The notes under the pieces are model-generated. The model was not told the DNA's origin. It did no database searches and saw only the letters and a list, made by a program, of their open reading frames with translations. The position numbers and the translations under genes were made by a program. A DNA stretch of 63,318 bases, filler included, from Rhabdomonas costata (taxonomy: Eukaryota): assembly GCA_019059605.1 (NCBI GenBank). It is 50 parts of 50 records of this genome, joined end to end, with 100 filler letters (N's around TTAATTAATTAA, not from the genome) between each part and the next. Parts side by side here need not be neighbours in the genome. Positions count along the whole stretch, not along the records: positions 50,745 to 51,912 come from JAHMHO010025278.1; positions 52,013 to 53,179 come from JAHMHO010025279.1; positions 53,280 to 54,447 come from JAHMHO010025280.1; positions 54,548 to 55,715 come from JAHMHO010025281.1; positions 55,816 to 56,983 come from JAHMHO010025282.1; positions 57,084 to 58,246 come from JAHMHO010025283.1; positions 58,347 to 59,514 come from JAHMHO010025284.1; positions 59,615 to 60,782 come from JAHMHO010025285.1; 42 more parts are not named here. The stretch is one strand, 5' to 3'. Shown here piece after piece: positions 51,703 through 62,814 of this stretch; the first letter of the stretch is position 1, and every line of letters begins with the position of its first letter.

Positions 51703-53646
51703 CTGCAGCACAGTCCAAAAGCAATGAAGCAGCACAAGCAGTGAAACGAACGGCGGAAGGGATGTGCGCCCCAGCTCTTGTGGCCAGAAATCTAATCCCC
51801 AGAAAACCAAAAAAATTACTGAGTTCAGAGAAAAAAGTTAACCTTTCACAGGGAGCCCTTTTCTAAATGGACACACTCCCACCCATAACCAAATGACGAA
51901 ACCCAAACCACANNNNNNNNNNNNNNNNNNNNNNNNNNNNNNNNNNNNNNNNNNNNTTAATTAATTAANNNNNNNNNNNNNNNNNNNNNNNNNNNNNNNN
52001 NNNNNNNNNNNNACTCTGCTGGGATCTTCTTCTTTTGGGAGGAATTTGATGAAACCTACAAAGTATAGGTTGCTTTTTCTCTTGGCCCCACCCCCTCGCC
52101 CTATCAGCTGTGGTTTCTGCTAGTCTGGGTCTGCTAGTTGGCCGTGGCCAGGCTGCAGGCTGCGATGCCTGTCGTTTTATCGGGACTGCGGACTTTTTGC
52201 TTCAAAGTCCACTGCACCGGCACCACTGATTGTGCTTGGGTGAGGTTCCACGTTTGCTTGCTCCGCCGAGCAGAAGTGGAAACTGACGTGGACAAAATCG
52301 ACCCGGGCATTATCCGCAGTTTTTTTCTTGCATTATGCCTCTTTTTGCACCTCTTTTTGGGTCGGCCGGCCCGTTGGATATTCGCCCCCCCCCCCTTGCG
52401 TCCAGTCATGGTTGAAGACTTTGGAGACAGTTGGCGAAAAGTGGGATTGACTATGGAAACGGCTCACTGCATTCACCGCGCATAAGTGGCGAAGCGGCGG
52501 GAACCCTTGAAAGGTGCTTCGACGGTGTGACGCTGTTCCGGACGTAGCGTGGGTTCCAACGGCGTCGCTGAGGGGCGGTGAATTCGACACGGCGGCATGC
52601 GGGAAACCAGTATCCTGGTAAGACCCCTACGCTGGAAAACAAAAAAATCGCCCTTAAGAAACAACAACCAAAACAGAAATTGGATTTTTTCATATCAAAA
52701 ACAAGTTTTGAGCAGCAGGGTGGGGAGTGCGCCAAAAAGAATTTCGATGATTAATTAAGTTACTTAAAATATAAAAAAATTCAAATTAATTAAAAAAATC
52801 GTTACCTCCACGTCCTTGGCCGTTGAGGAGCCGCAACCCATTTACACAGACAACGTAGAGACAGACTATGATTTCATGCACGACGCAAGTTTTTTGACAA
52901 TTCGTTTCAACCCGAAATGTCACTTTGTGAACACAATGCAGCATATAAGCAGGATGTTATTATGGTTGCAAGTTTTTTCATGATTTTTTTCGGGGGCCTG
53001 AACCGAACTGTCCCTCCCAGTCCAAATTGCTCCAGGCATTGATTCTCGTGTGAAAGCAAAGCAGAAGCAAAGCAAGCAAACGTGTCCCTTTTTAGAGGTG
53101 TGGTTACTCTCGAGTTTCCACTCAAACGCGCACGCAAGCGAAAACAAGAGAGAGCAAAAGGGGACGTCGTACCTGCGAANNNNNNNNNNNNNNNNNNNNN
53201 NNNNNNNNNNNNNNNNNNNNNNNTTAATTAATTAANNNNNNNNNNNNNNNNNNNNNNNNNNNNNNNNNNNNNNNNNNNNGGTTTGGGTGGTCATACATAG
53301 CACTGGCATCGGGTCCCGAAATCGTTTTCCTGGCCCTACCAGTTGTTGCTGGAGGGAGACTTGCGGCCACACGCCGTTCCCTCGTTTTGGCCATTCCTTT
53401 TTCATAGCTCCTAGAGGCAGCCATGTGTGCTCCTAAGACCCAAAGTAGCGAAAGTTTGAAAGAAGTCATTTTTGGAATTCTGAGTGATCAAAATTAATCA
53501 GGAATTTTTGAAGAAAAATGTCGACATTTCGAAGGCCCCTTCGCCCTGTTTGATTGAATCCGTCAGGTCCGAAAGGATTTCAAGATGTCTGTCATTTCAC
53601 TGGGAAATGTGCATTTGATGGGTCTCCCCGTTTTCTTGCCTCTCAG

Positions 53647-54192
53647 GAGGTGGACAAGGACGTGATTTTCCTGCCCAACCCCCCGCGCTACATTTATAGC
53701 AAAACAGCCTCCAACACCGACCGCCTAGCTGGCACCCGCCATGCCTTTGAGGCATTTTTGCTCCCACCTCCTTCCCTTGTCTTCATTTATCAGCGTGCAT
53801 TCGATCACTCGGAAAGAAGGGCGTCAAAGTGGCCATCATGAGAGCAGAATTCACCTTCGAAGCACCTTCGAACCTTTGGTGGCAAGGGATCGCTTGTTGA
53901 CAATTCCATGTGTCCACAAAATCCAAAATCCAAAACTTCAGCAGTGCTAAAGGTTTTTCGTCCGTTTCCCAAAATAGACGCAATTGCCCCCCCCCCTTCC
54001 TGACGTCGAGAGAGAGAGCACTCCCGGGTACCGCATGTGACACCGCATGTGGCATGTTTACATGCCGCGGTCCCACAGGTCAGCCGGAACCACTTGGCCG
54101 CTTTGACCGCGAAGGCGGCGAAGCAGGAGAGCCAGGTCCAGATCTTGACGGCGGGGTACCAGAAGAGGGCAGAAACTCTCACCGGCAAGCTG
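53647..54192 (+). CDS. CDC5L: Spliceosomal NTC subunit CDC5L/Cef1, C-terminal region; exons 53647-53751, 54079-54192
   Basis: VIFLPNPPRYIYSKTASNTDRLAGTRHAFE-VSRNHLAALTAKAAKQESQVQILTAGYQKRA aligns without gaps to CDC5L VLYLP...RY....AS..DR.......E..R.HM.....AAK.E....IL.GGYQ.RA. Confidence 0.88.
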
Positions 54193-55014
54193 GTGTGCCG
54201 TTTCTTTTGGCAGTGCTCTTCTTGTTTGCTAGTGATGGAGTAGAAGCAAAGGGCTAAGCCAAAGCAGCCCTGGATTTCGTTGCACACAACGGCCTCCCAA
54301 ACGCTGCGGCGCCGTTGATTAGAGACCAAGTTGGTTTTTAGCTGTGCTAAACGGAGCATCGCCAGAACGCTTCGCGGCGCTGGCCTCCGCACCTAAAACA
54401 ATATTTTCCCATTTGTCGCCAAAGCCGAGCTTCTAAAAACCCACCACNNNNNNNNNNNNNNNNNNNNNNNNNNNNNNNNNNNNNNNNNNNNTTAATTAAT
54501 TAANNNNNNNNNNNNNNNNNNNNNNNNNNNNNNNNNNNNNNNNNNNNCACCAAAGGAAACTAAACAAAACACAATAAAAAATTCAAAAGACCCCAGGCCT
54601 GCTTCGGCTTAGCCCTCTAAACAATACACGAAAGAATACAATAGAGGTTGGACTCTCCCAACGAAAAGATGGATGAGGCTGGAAACTTGGGTGAGCGAAA
54701 GAGCTGTGCATAACACAAATTTTGTGTCGTCTTGTTCGTGCTTTTGTTCTCATCGGAACCTTTGGTTGCAGATTTCAAGCCTCAGCTGCCTTTACTTCAC
54801 CCTAACCCGAGAACTGAAGTTGGGGAAGATGGTTCTGTTCTCGGCTCTTCTCGGAGCGGTCGGCTCAGTGGTCGACTCACGGGCCGCGACACCCGGAGAA
54901 TGTCCGAATCGTCCCGAGCTTATCATCACATTATGGCTTGTGTTTTTCATTTAAACACCTGATTTTTCGTCTGCTATTTTCAACTATTTCACCTTGTTTT
55001 TGTGTGAATGACAG

Positions 55015-55164
55015 AAAATGGCGAGCATGAAGAGAGAGAAGGACGAATGGATGGGTGATTTGGACGCAACGAACGACACTTACAACGATTTTGTGGAAAA
55101 CCAAGACGAGGTCAGGCGGAACTTTGCTCTGAAGACGTTTGTGGACGCCACTGTCACGGCGCTG
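55015..55164 (+). CDS. Exon of an unknown protein (possibly first exon, ATG at 55018)
   Basis: 50 codons bounded by CAG and GTACGT. A likely next exon starts at 55495. Confidence 0.5.
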
Positions 55165-55815
55165 GTACGTGTGTTCCTCTCACATCTTGGCGGTGCCCCT
55201 TCAGGCGGCTTTTTCATCTCTCCTGCTCTGTTCTGCGGCTTTTTTCCGTTGAGCAAGGGAGATCCAGTTCGGGAAAGCGAGGTAATCGGTAATCCATGAT
55301 CGACGTGACATGGTATTTTGGTTGTGAACGTAAAGGTTTTTTGAGTGAGAAGCAATGCCTGTAATTTGTAAAGGAAGGCAAATTTAATTCTGTCAATCGA
55401 CGCAGTCCAGAACTAGAGTAATCGAGTGACTTGAGTATAATCTCTGGAGGTAATGGTGGCCCTAATCCGCTATGGCTTTTTCCAATTATTTCAGCGCTTG
55501 AGTCGCAATGTCCGTCAACATCACGAAGAGGAGTCCGCTGAGCACTCTCCTTCTCACCTGGGGCCCTCGGTTCGACGAACCATGCTGTCTCCGGCGCGTC
55601 CTCCTCCGAGCTGGCGCACTGCGACTTCGGTCTTGTACGCCCACACACCTTCCAACTCATTGAATGCTTTGCCTTTCGTTTATTTTGCTGAGTTCGCTGT
55701 CGCTGTTAAACCCCCNNNNNNNNNNNNNNNNNNNNNNNNNNNNNNNNNNNNNNNNNNNNTTAATTAATTAANNNNNNNNNNNNNNNNNNNNNNNNNNNNN
55801 NNNNNNNNNNNNNNN

Positions 55816-56458
55816 GCCCGAATGGTGCACAGGGGTGAGTTGTGCGTGTGCTGCCACAGGATAGGGGGTTCATTGCACTTCTTCCCCGCACTCAGTGTTG
55901 GGAGTGGAGTGAGCGTGCCAAATGCCATCTCCGGCCGTCTCTCGTCACCATGTGTTTCATATTCTCCACTCCTGTCGCCTTCTCTTTCGCAGTTGGGGTG
56001 CTGGCTCTGTGCTCTCCGGGTTCGCGTATTCGGCCCCTCGTGAGGTGTCTGGGAGAGAGCGGTGCCGGGTGGAACGTTGGGGCATGTTGTCTCTGCCGGA
56101 GTGTACGTATTGCTCGGAGTGTCTCCGCACCCTCCCTACATGGGTGATGTACGTGCGAGGCTTTGGATTGTCTCAGCACCGTCCCCCTTTGCTCCTCGGA
56201 CCAGGAGCGCGAGTTCCAGCGGTCGTCCTCCCCGTTGGGTGTGTTTTGGGTGAGTTGCATGCCGGCCGGTGGTGGCTCGGTGTCCTCACCAGCAACGCTC
56301 TGCGTAGAAGGGTGTGGTGGTTCTCGTGGCTGCCCGAATGGTGCACAGGGGTGAGTTGTGCGTGTGCTGCCACAGGATAGGGGGTTCATTGCACTTCTTC
56401 CCCGCACTCAGTGTTGGGAGTGGAGTGAGCGTGCCAAATGCCATCTCCGGCCGTCTCT
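55816..56458. repeat. 516-bp tandem unit
   Basis: 55816-55942 is identical to 56332-56458 (127 bp). Confidence 0.85.
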
Positions 56459-57083
56459 GTTCTCCTTGGATGCTCCATGCTTGGTCCCCGCCACCCTCTT
56501 ACCTCCGCCCTTCACTGCTCCCTGGCCCTCTGTCCCACGTTCCCTGCCTCTCTCACTCGCTCCCGTTGCTGTTGCACTCTCTCTGGCGGTGCTTCCTTCG
56601 AATGATGACTTTTCTTTGGCGGGCGCTGTCCCCATTTCCGGCTTTTGGCCTATCCTCCTTCACCCGCGGAGGACCTGGGGTTGGAATTGGTTGCCTCTTC
56701 TTTCTGGTCATCGCTGACCTTTGTGGAGGGTCCCTGGGGAAAATACCCCTTCCACCTTCCTCGCTGCTGCCATATCCCTCACTCGCGTCAGTCCCGAGAA
56801 GCGGAGGGGCTGATTATGACGTGTACTGTGCAGTCGCGGGTTTTTTCGTCTTTCTCGGGGCGGGGAGGAGTACATACCAAAGACCGCGGGCCTGCTTCGG
56901 TTTCGCCCTCTAACATGCAAACGCTTCTCTATGCCTCCATTATTGATGTGCCACGACTGCTCAAAGCCGTTCACACCCCCACANNNNNNNNNNNNNNNNN
57001 NNNNNNNNNNNNNNNNNNNNNNNNNNNTTAATTAATTAANNNNNNNNNNNNNNNNNNNNNNNNNNNNNNNNNNNNNNNNNNNN

Positions 57084-57476
57084 CGGAGGCAGCTTGAGCA
57101 GCGCAAGGATCAGCCGCTTCAGGTACGGGAACAGCGGCTTCAGGAGCTCGCGGTTCCTGTTCCGCAGACGGCGGTTAAGCTCGGCGTAGAACGGGCTCTC
57201 CTGCGCGAAGAGGTTGATCGCCGCGACGTCATCGGCCGAGTGCAGCACTGTGTCAGTGCGCACAATGTGTTGCGCAAAGTCCATCGCCGCCAGCACATCG
57301 CCGCCCAGAGCCATTTGACGAAACACGGGGTCGCGCTCCTCGGCGTAGGTAATGCACTCGTGGAGGGAAAGGTAGCGGGCATCCTTCAAGCCGCGGATGG
57401 GGCCCGTCTCGGGGGTCTCCTCGGCGGTCCCCGTCAGCCGTCCCGCAAAAACGGCGGTGGGAGTGGCAGTGGCCAT
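57084..57476 (-). CDS. NAD:arginine mono-ADP-ribosyltransferase (ART) family protein, N-terminal part
   Basis: AAINLFAQESPFYAELNRRLRNRNRELLKPLFPYLKRLILALLKLP fits the ART helical lobe. The contig ends before the catalytic R-S-E motifs. Confidence 0.8.
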
Positions 57477-57927
57477 GGGGGATCGGGGAATGACTCCACA
57501 GCAAAGAATACTTCTGTTTCGTAAGAAAGAGGGAGGAGCGGAATTGCATTCTCCCACTCCGGTCACAAAAACAATGTCAAGAAAAACTCTTTGAGCACAC
57601 AACTAAGCTATGCAGGTTTTTCGGTTTCAAAAGAACCACTGGGGAATCGAGCCTCGGAGGCTACACCCCTCACCAAACACACACCAACAAGCACACACGC
57701 GGCCCCCATTCTGTCTCACCTGCTCCAGTCCTGTACTGTGCAACGCCATAACGCGGTATGCGCAGAAGGCCAATTTTCAGCCTACGGCCTCTATTTCTCT
57801 ATAGAGCCCTGTAGAGCGGGGGCATCAAGTGGCCCTACGTGGCCTAGCTTGCACGAGCCCACAAGCGCACCATTGTGCTGCCCACCGCCACCTGTGAGGG
57901 GTCTCAGCCACAGGTGGACCACAGGTC

Positions 57928-58241
57928 CTTGAGGGGTTCACTGTAAAGGGGTGGATTGATCTACTACGGTCCAGCCGGTCCATTGGCCTGGCCTACGAGG
58001 CCCTTAGCCCTTAGGCAGGTACTCAAGTGACCCCATCCTGCCTAGATTCCATAGCCCCACACGCGTATCACCGCACCGCCCGGCCCTTTTGTGCGTGCGT
58101 GTGTGTGGGGGTCCCACCCATACCTGGGCTATGAACCCTTGAGGGGTTCCGAGTATTGGGGTACCCCAGGTAAACTATGGTCCAGCCGGCCTATGGGCTG
58201 GCCATTGGGCGAGGGGTGGGAGGGTTCTCAAGTGACCCCAC
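57928..58241 (+). repeat. Diverged ~210-bp tandem repeat
   Basis: The blocks TTGAGGGGTTC, GGTCCAGCCGG and CTCAAGTGACCCCA each occur twice in the same order. Confidence 0.75.
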
Positions 58242-60124
58242 CCCCCNNNNNNNNNNNNNNNNNNNNNNNNNNNNNNNNNNNNNNNNNNNNTTAATTAATT
58301 AANNNNNNNNNNNNNNNNNNNNNNNNNNNNNNNNNNNNNNNNNNNNGGGGTTGGGGTTAGCAAAAATTCACCACAAAAGCAGAAACTCAGAGACAGAGAC
58401 AGACTAGAAGCAAGCAAATAGGGGTTGCGAGGTGACGGAACACTTGCTAGTTTAGGCAGGAAAGAGGAAAGGGAGCCAAAGGAGACAATGCAAGGGAGAA
58501 GGTAAGAGTAAATTTTTTTTGGGAGATGCAGCAGCCTTCGGCCGGCTGGTGTGCCTTCTTACAAGCAAAACAGGAAGCTGCCTCCTCCTTCCCTCCAGTG
58601 CAGTGCGGCTGGTTTCATGCTTACCTTAGGTGGGAGTGGCCTTTTCTCTGGAAGACCCCCTGTGTGTGTGGTATGTGTTGGGCGCATAGTGCGCGCTGGC
58701 TGTTGCTTGGTTGTCTGGTTGCTTGGAGCCAACCAGCAGCCTTATTCGCTTCAGACATGTGCAGCTTGGACCATACTTTCCTGGAGTACTCCTACACAAA
58801 CCCATCCACCCGATTGGCACTCCCAGCACCTTCACAGGGAGCGAGAGGTGACGGTGAGGAGACGGGGCCCCACTCTGCTAAATAGACGGTCGCCAGCTCC
58901 CCTTTTCCCACCCAGGCCATTGCATTCAATTCAGTTACTTTAAAGGAATGTTTACGTTCGTCGACCTCAATGCACCAACGCAATCAAAGGATCAGCATCC
59001 CTCAGAACGCTCAGTAGCACGATGACTATGATCCCTGGTTGCACTTCTCCACACAAGGGCTGCGAACGTCCGCTTTTTGAATGCACTGGCTCTGAATCCA
59101 AGTCCGAGTCCCAGTCCAACTGCGCTTCAGGGGGAGGACACCTTGTGGCAACCACGGCAGCGGCCGTTGAGAGGCACCAGCTTGACCACACCCTCCCAGA
59201 GAAAGCAACGAAAGGAACGCGGCAGGGAGTTCTTCGTGAGCACTGACGCAGAACCGCTCCCCGTGCGTCAATAAAGATATGAGCGATAGTCGCAGAGAGG
59301 TCAACATCGAGGCCTACGCAAAGAACCGGGGCCCGAAGTACCTGAGTGTGCTGGAAGGACTTTCTTGGGGAAGAGGAAGTTCGCCAGGAACCTCTTCTGG
59401 AAACCAGAAACTTCTCGCCTCACCTGGAAACCAGAATCCAGGATTCTCCCACAGAGTGGCGAACCGTATTGTGGTACCCGTAAATCCCACACCCCCCCAC
59501 ACACACCCACCACCNNNNNNNNNNNNNNNNNNNNNNNNNNNNNNNNNNNNNNNNNNNNTTAATTAATTAANNNNNNNNNNNNNNNNNNNNNNNNNNNNNN
59601 NNNNNNNNNNNNNNGGGTGTTGGTAATCACATTGCGCAGCGTTTTTCATCGATGTTAACATCGGGAACAGCTGAGAATGAAGTAATGTTGTTTCCACTTG
59701 TTTCCACGGGAGCAGGTGGTAATAGTTATCCAAGCTTGGTATCCAAGCTTGGTTCTCTGCAGTGCGCTATGAAGTTTCACAAGAACTCAGCTGTTCTGTT
59801 TTATGTGAGTGAAGGCCCATGCAATTCTCTTGGAGTTTATCGTGACGTTGGTGTTTGTGTTTTATTTAATACAGCTTAAATTATTCCAAGATATTAAAAG
59901 TGGGTCTCGGGTTTCTGATCGCTCTCTGGCTTTATAATCCGGGTGTGAGAGTATTGCAAGTGTGGTGTACAAAACCATGTTCCTGTTGAAACAAGATAGA
60001 CAACAGACTTGCTGTAGAGACTATGAAATGGTATGGTGATTCCCAGATCCAGATTGCTGGAGAAAAAAGCACGCCAGTGAGTCGTGATAAAACAAATGAT
60101 ATATATTAACTCCAGTTTAGAAGG

Positions 60125-60360
60125 ATGTGGAAGTATTGGAAAACTGATTATGCATCACCGCAACTACAAAGATGCCTTTGGAATCAGATAACGCGACCCA
60201 TGCGACCATGTTCACCAAGTGCTATCTACAATGTCCTCCTATTGCACACGTCTACCGTGGCATCTGGAGACGTTGCGCCGCATAGATTTGCCTCATGTTA
60301 TACACCGCAATATGATTCACATTTATTTGTTGGTATATCCACACACACTGCAACTTTGAA
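60125..60360 (+). mobile_element. Possible decayed non-LTR retrotransposon zf-RVT-like region
   Basis: WKYWKT...PQLQRCLW and a later SC......HLF loosely recall zf-RVT spacing. Weak. Confidence 0.25.
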
Positions 60361-61340
60361 AAATGAAACTTTGGAGCTATTACCAGCGTTTCAACCATTT
60401 TTTCCACAATTTTTAACTCGTCTGAAAGCCAATAAATTCCATATATAATTCCGTGCATAAATCCCTTGTGCGCAATTGTTAAAAAAACAAACAGTGTTTC
60501 TCCCCAGTGTTTGGAGATGAATTGGTGGAGAACACAGAGTTTCTCTCGCGCATGTTTGTACGTAACATGTGTTTCAGGCGGAGGGCTTGGCCTGTTGTAT
60601 GGTGAGCTTTCACGCCACATCTCAGCACCCAGGATGAGCTCGTCTTAGGTTCCGGGGCAGATTTTCTTTCCACTATAGCGCTCATTCACGCACGTTTGTA
60701 TTTCTTTTTGTTTTTTATCTCATGAACATAAAAAACTCCAAAATACATACACAAAGGTCACCATACAACAGGCCAACCCCCCNNNNNNNNNNNNNNNNNN
60801 NNNNNNNNNNNNNNNNNNNNNNNNNNTTAATTAATTAANNNNNNNNNNNNNNNNNNNNNNNNNNNNNNNNNNNNNNNNNNNNGGTTGGTGGGCGAAGGTG
60901 AAGTTGCACCTTCACCTTCGCCCACAACCCATGGGTTGAGGCTCTGCTGGTTAGACTCCCCGCTCACTACTACGCACATTACTTTTCTGATCAGGGGAGC
61001 AATAATAAGTGAGTGAGCGTGACTGCATCAACAGATGCCCTTTGCAGCACCCACCAGCAAAGCTGGTTTTCTGTGGTCCGCCCGGAAACCCTTCTCTGTG
61101 TTTCAGCCTTGTGGCCGGTTCTCCTGTTGTTTCAGGCCCGCTCTTCCCACAGAAGAAATTTGTGAATCGGAATATGTCATGAGGACATTTAGCACGCTTC
61201 TGGGGGACGTGAAGTGATTGTTTGGGAGAACTGCTTTTTTGCCCTTCCTGCTGGAAAACGTGAAAAGGATATTCGTCAACAATTCGATTGATTCGATTCT
61301 CTTCCCTCTCTTCCGCACGCACTCTCACTTTCTCTCTCAG

Positions 61341-61784
61341 GTGATGTCTTTATACGAGAGGACGTGTGCCGACGTGCTATTTTCGGGCCATACAGGTGCG
61401 CTGAGCTGCTGCCATGTGTACTGCCGCTGTGAGGGCACCGTTCTTCCACATGAGGGGCTCGCATTCGATGCACCGCATGCTTTCCGCATCGGGCTTTAAT
61501 TTCGTCATTGCACGGGTTGTTTTCTCTGCCCTTTCAGGCCTTTCAGGTCATCGGTCATGAGCTTAATTTTCCAAGGTTCTCATTCGGGCCATGCCCTTCC
61601 TTCGCTCTCAGTTGATTTGACAATGTGTGCGCTGGTGTGGTACTACTACTCCCGGCTATCCCCGCTGCCGTGCGATCCTACGCTGTCCTGGCAGTGGTGG
61701 CAGCAGCTATTCGCGCTGTTCTTTGCTGGGTTTGGATTCTTCCTCCTCGTCGCCACTCATCTGCACTACACGGTGGATGTTGTG
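61341..61784 (+). CDS. Sphingolipid synthase (SMS/IPC-synthase, PAP2_C); exons 61341-61395, 61612-61784
   Basis: Catalytic motifs CADVLFSGHT (D3) and HYTVDVV (D4) with intervening transmembrane helices. The GT-AG intron is in phase. Confidence 0.92.
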
Positions 61785-62297
61785 GTATGCACACCCCTTG
61801 CGCCCATTCCCACAAGTTGCACGTCGTACCGTAATGGGAGCCGTTGCTTTTTTTAATAGTATCCATCATTTACGAAGCATTCGAAATGAATGTTGTAGTT
61901 TCAGAGACTCACGGAGGGCCAGTTACTTTGAAAACAGCATATTCGCGTTCCCGTTCCAGCTTATTCTCCATTCCTGCCCTCGTGCTGTTGTTTCTATTTT
62001 TGAAAAGGTGAGATGGGGGTCACGGTAGATGGAAATTTTTCGCAAACACCNNNNNNNNNNNNNNNNNNNNNNNNNNNNNNNNNNNNNNNNNNNNTTAATT
62101 AATTAANNNNNNNNNNNNNNNNNNNNNNNNNNNNNNNNNNNNNNNNNNNNGTGGTGGTGGGTCAAACCAAAGGGGAGTGCAGTCCTCTGCCCGGGTCTGG
62201 ACAATAGTGGGAAATATCACGCGAAAACTGGGTGGTGCGGTGTGCTTGGGGTATTGCTGTGGAACAGCTGCCCTGTTCTGGGGCTTCTTGCGTGCAG

Positions 62298-62814
62298 GGC
62301 GGGCGTGATGGGATTCTTCGCTCGGAGGCCGCGCACCGAGCCGAGCTGCACGCCCAGCTGACTCGGGCTCTGAACCAGTCCCGGAGGAGCATCATGCTCT
62401 CAGCAAGGCTGGAGCTTGCCTCGAGGTATATGGCTCTCCTATCTTCTTGCTTGCTTTTGGTTTACCATTGTGCAATTCCAAATTATGTTTCATCAGAGTT
62501 GGCTCTGACACCATCTGTCCCTTCGGATACTCATTCATTCAGTCACGTTACTTCCAATCTATCCCAAGTGGGGAACGTTCCTTCCTTGGTTTTAGCGTCC
62601 ACTACAGTCAGAGGTTCTGGTTCTGGAGCCCTCACGATTTCCTCAGCAGCTGACATGACATGGTGTTTTTTCGTGATCGCGCCCCACCCGTCATTTTTTT
62701 TGGTGGGGGGTGGGGGATAGCTTAAACGATGACAAGCAGGCCGAGTTTTCTGCACTGATGGAGCGAGCTGCTCAAGACATGGCTATTCTGAGTGCTGCCG
62801 CCAGTGCCCGCCAG
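62298..62814 (+). CDS. Unknown helical protein; exons 62298-62425, 62721-62814
   Basis: Two AG/GT-bounded exons with compatible phase 2 and Ala/Leu/Arg-rich helical composition. Confidence 0.6.

Larger units (their letters stand above)
1170..62150. other. 49 artificial contig-joining spacers (44N-TTAATTAATTAA-44N; first 1170-1269, last 62051-62150)
   Basis: An identical 100-bp linker with stops in all six frames recurs every ~1268 bp. Sequences on either side are unrelated. Confidence 0.99.

Noticed and set aside
11419-60925. Long near-perfect inverted repeats (about 11419-11592, 29192-29326, 36570-36692, 39333-39457, 41876-41942, 50745-50856, 60885-60925) as MITEs, terminators or hairpin telomeres
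   Set aside because: Every one has an arm at a contig end, and one copies an exon-intron junction. This is typical of fold-back chimeras from amplification.
1170-62150. Regularly spaced TTAATTAATTAA as a CRISPR-like or biological repeat
   Set aside because: It is embedded in fixed N runs and is an artificial six-frame stop linker.
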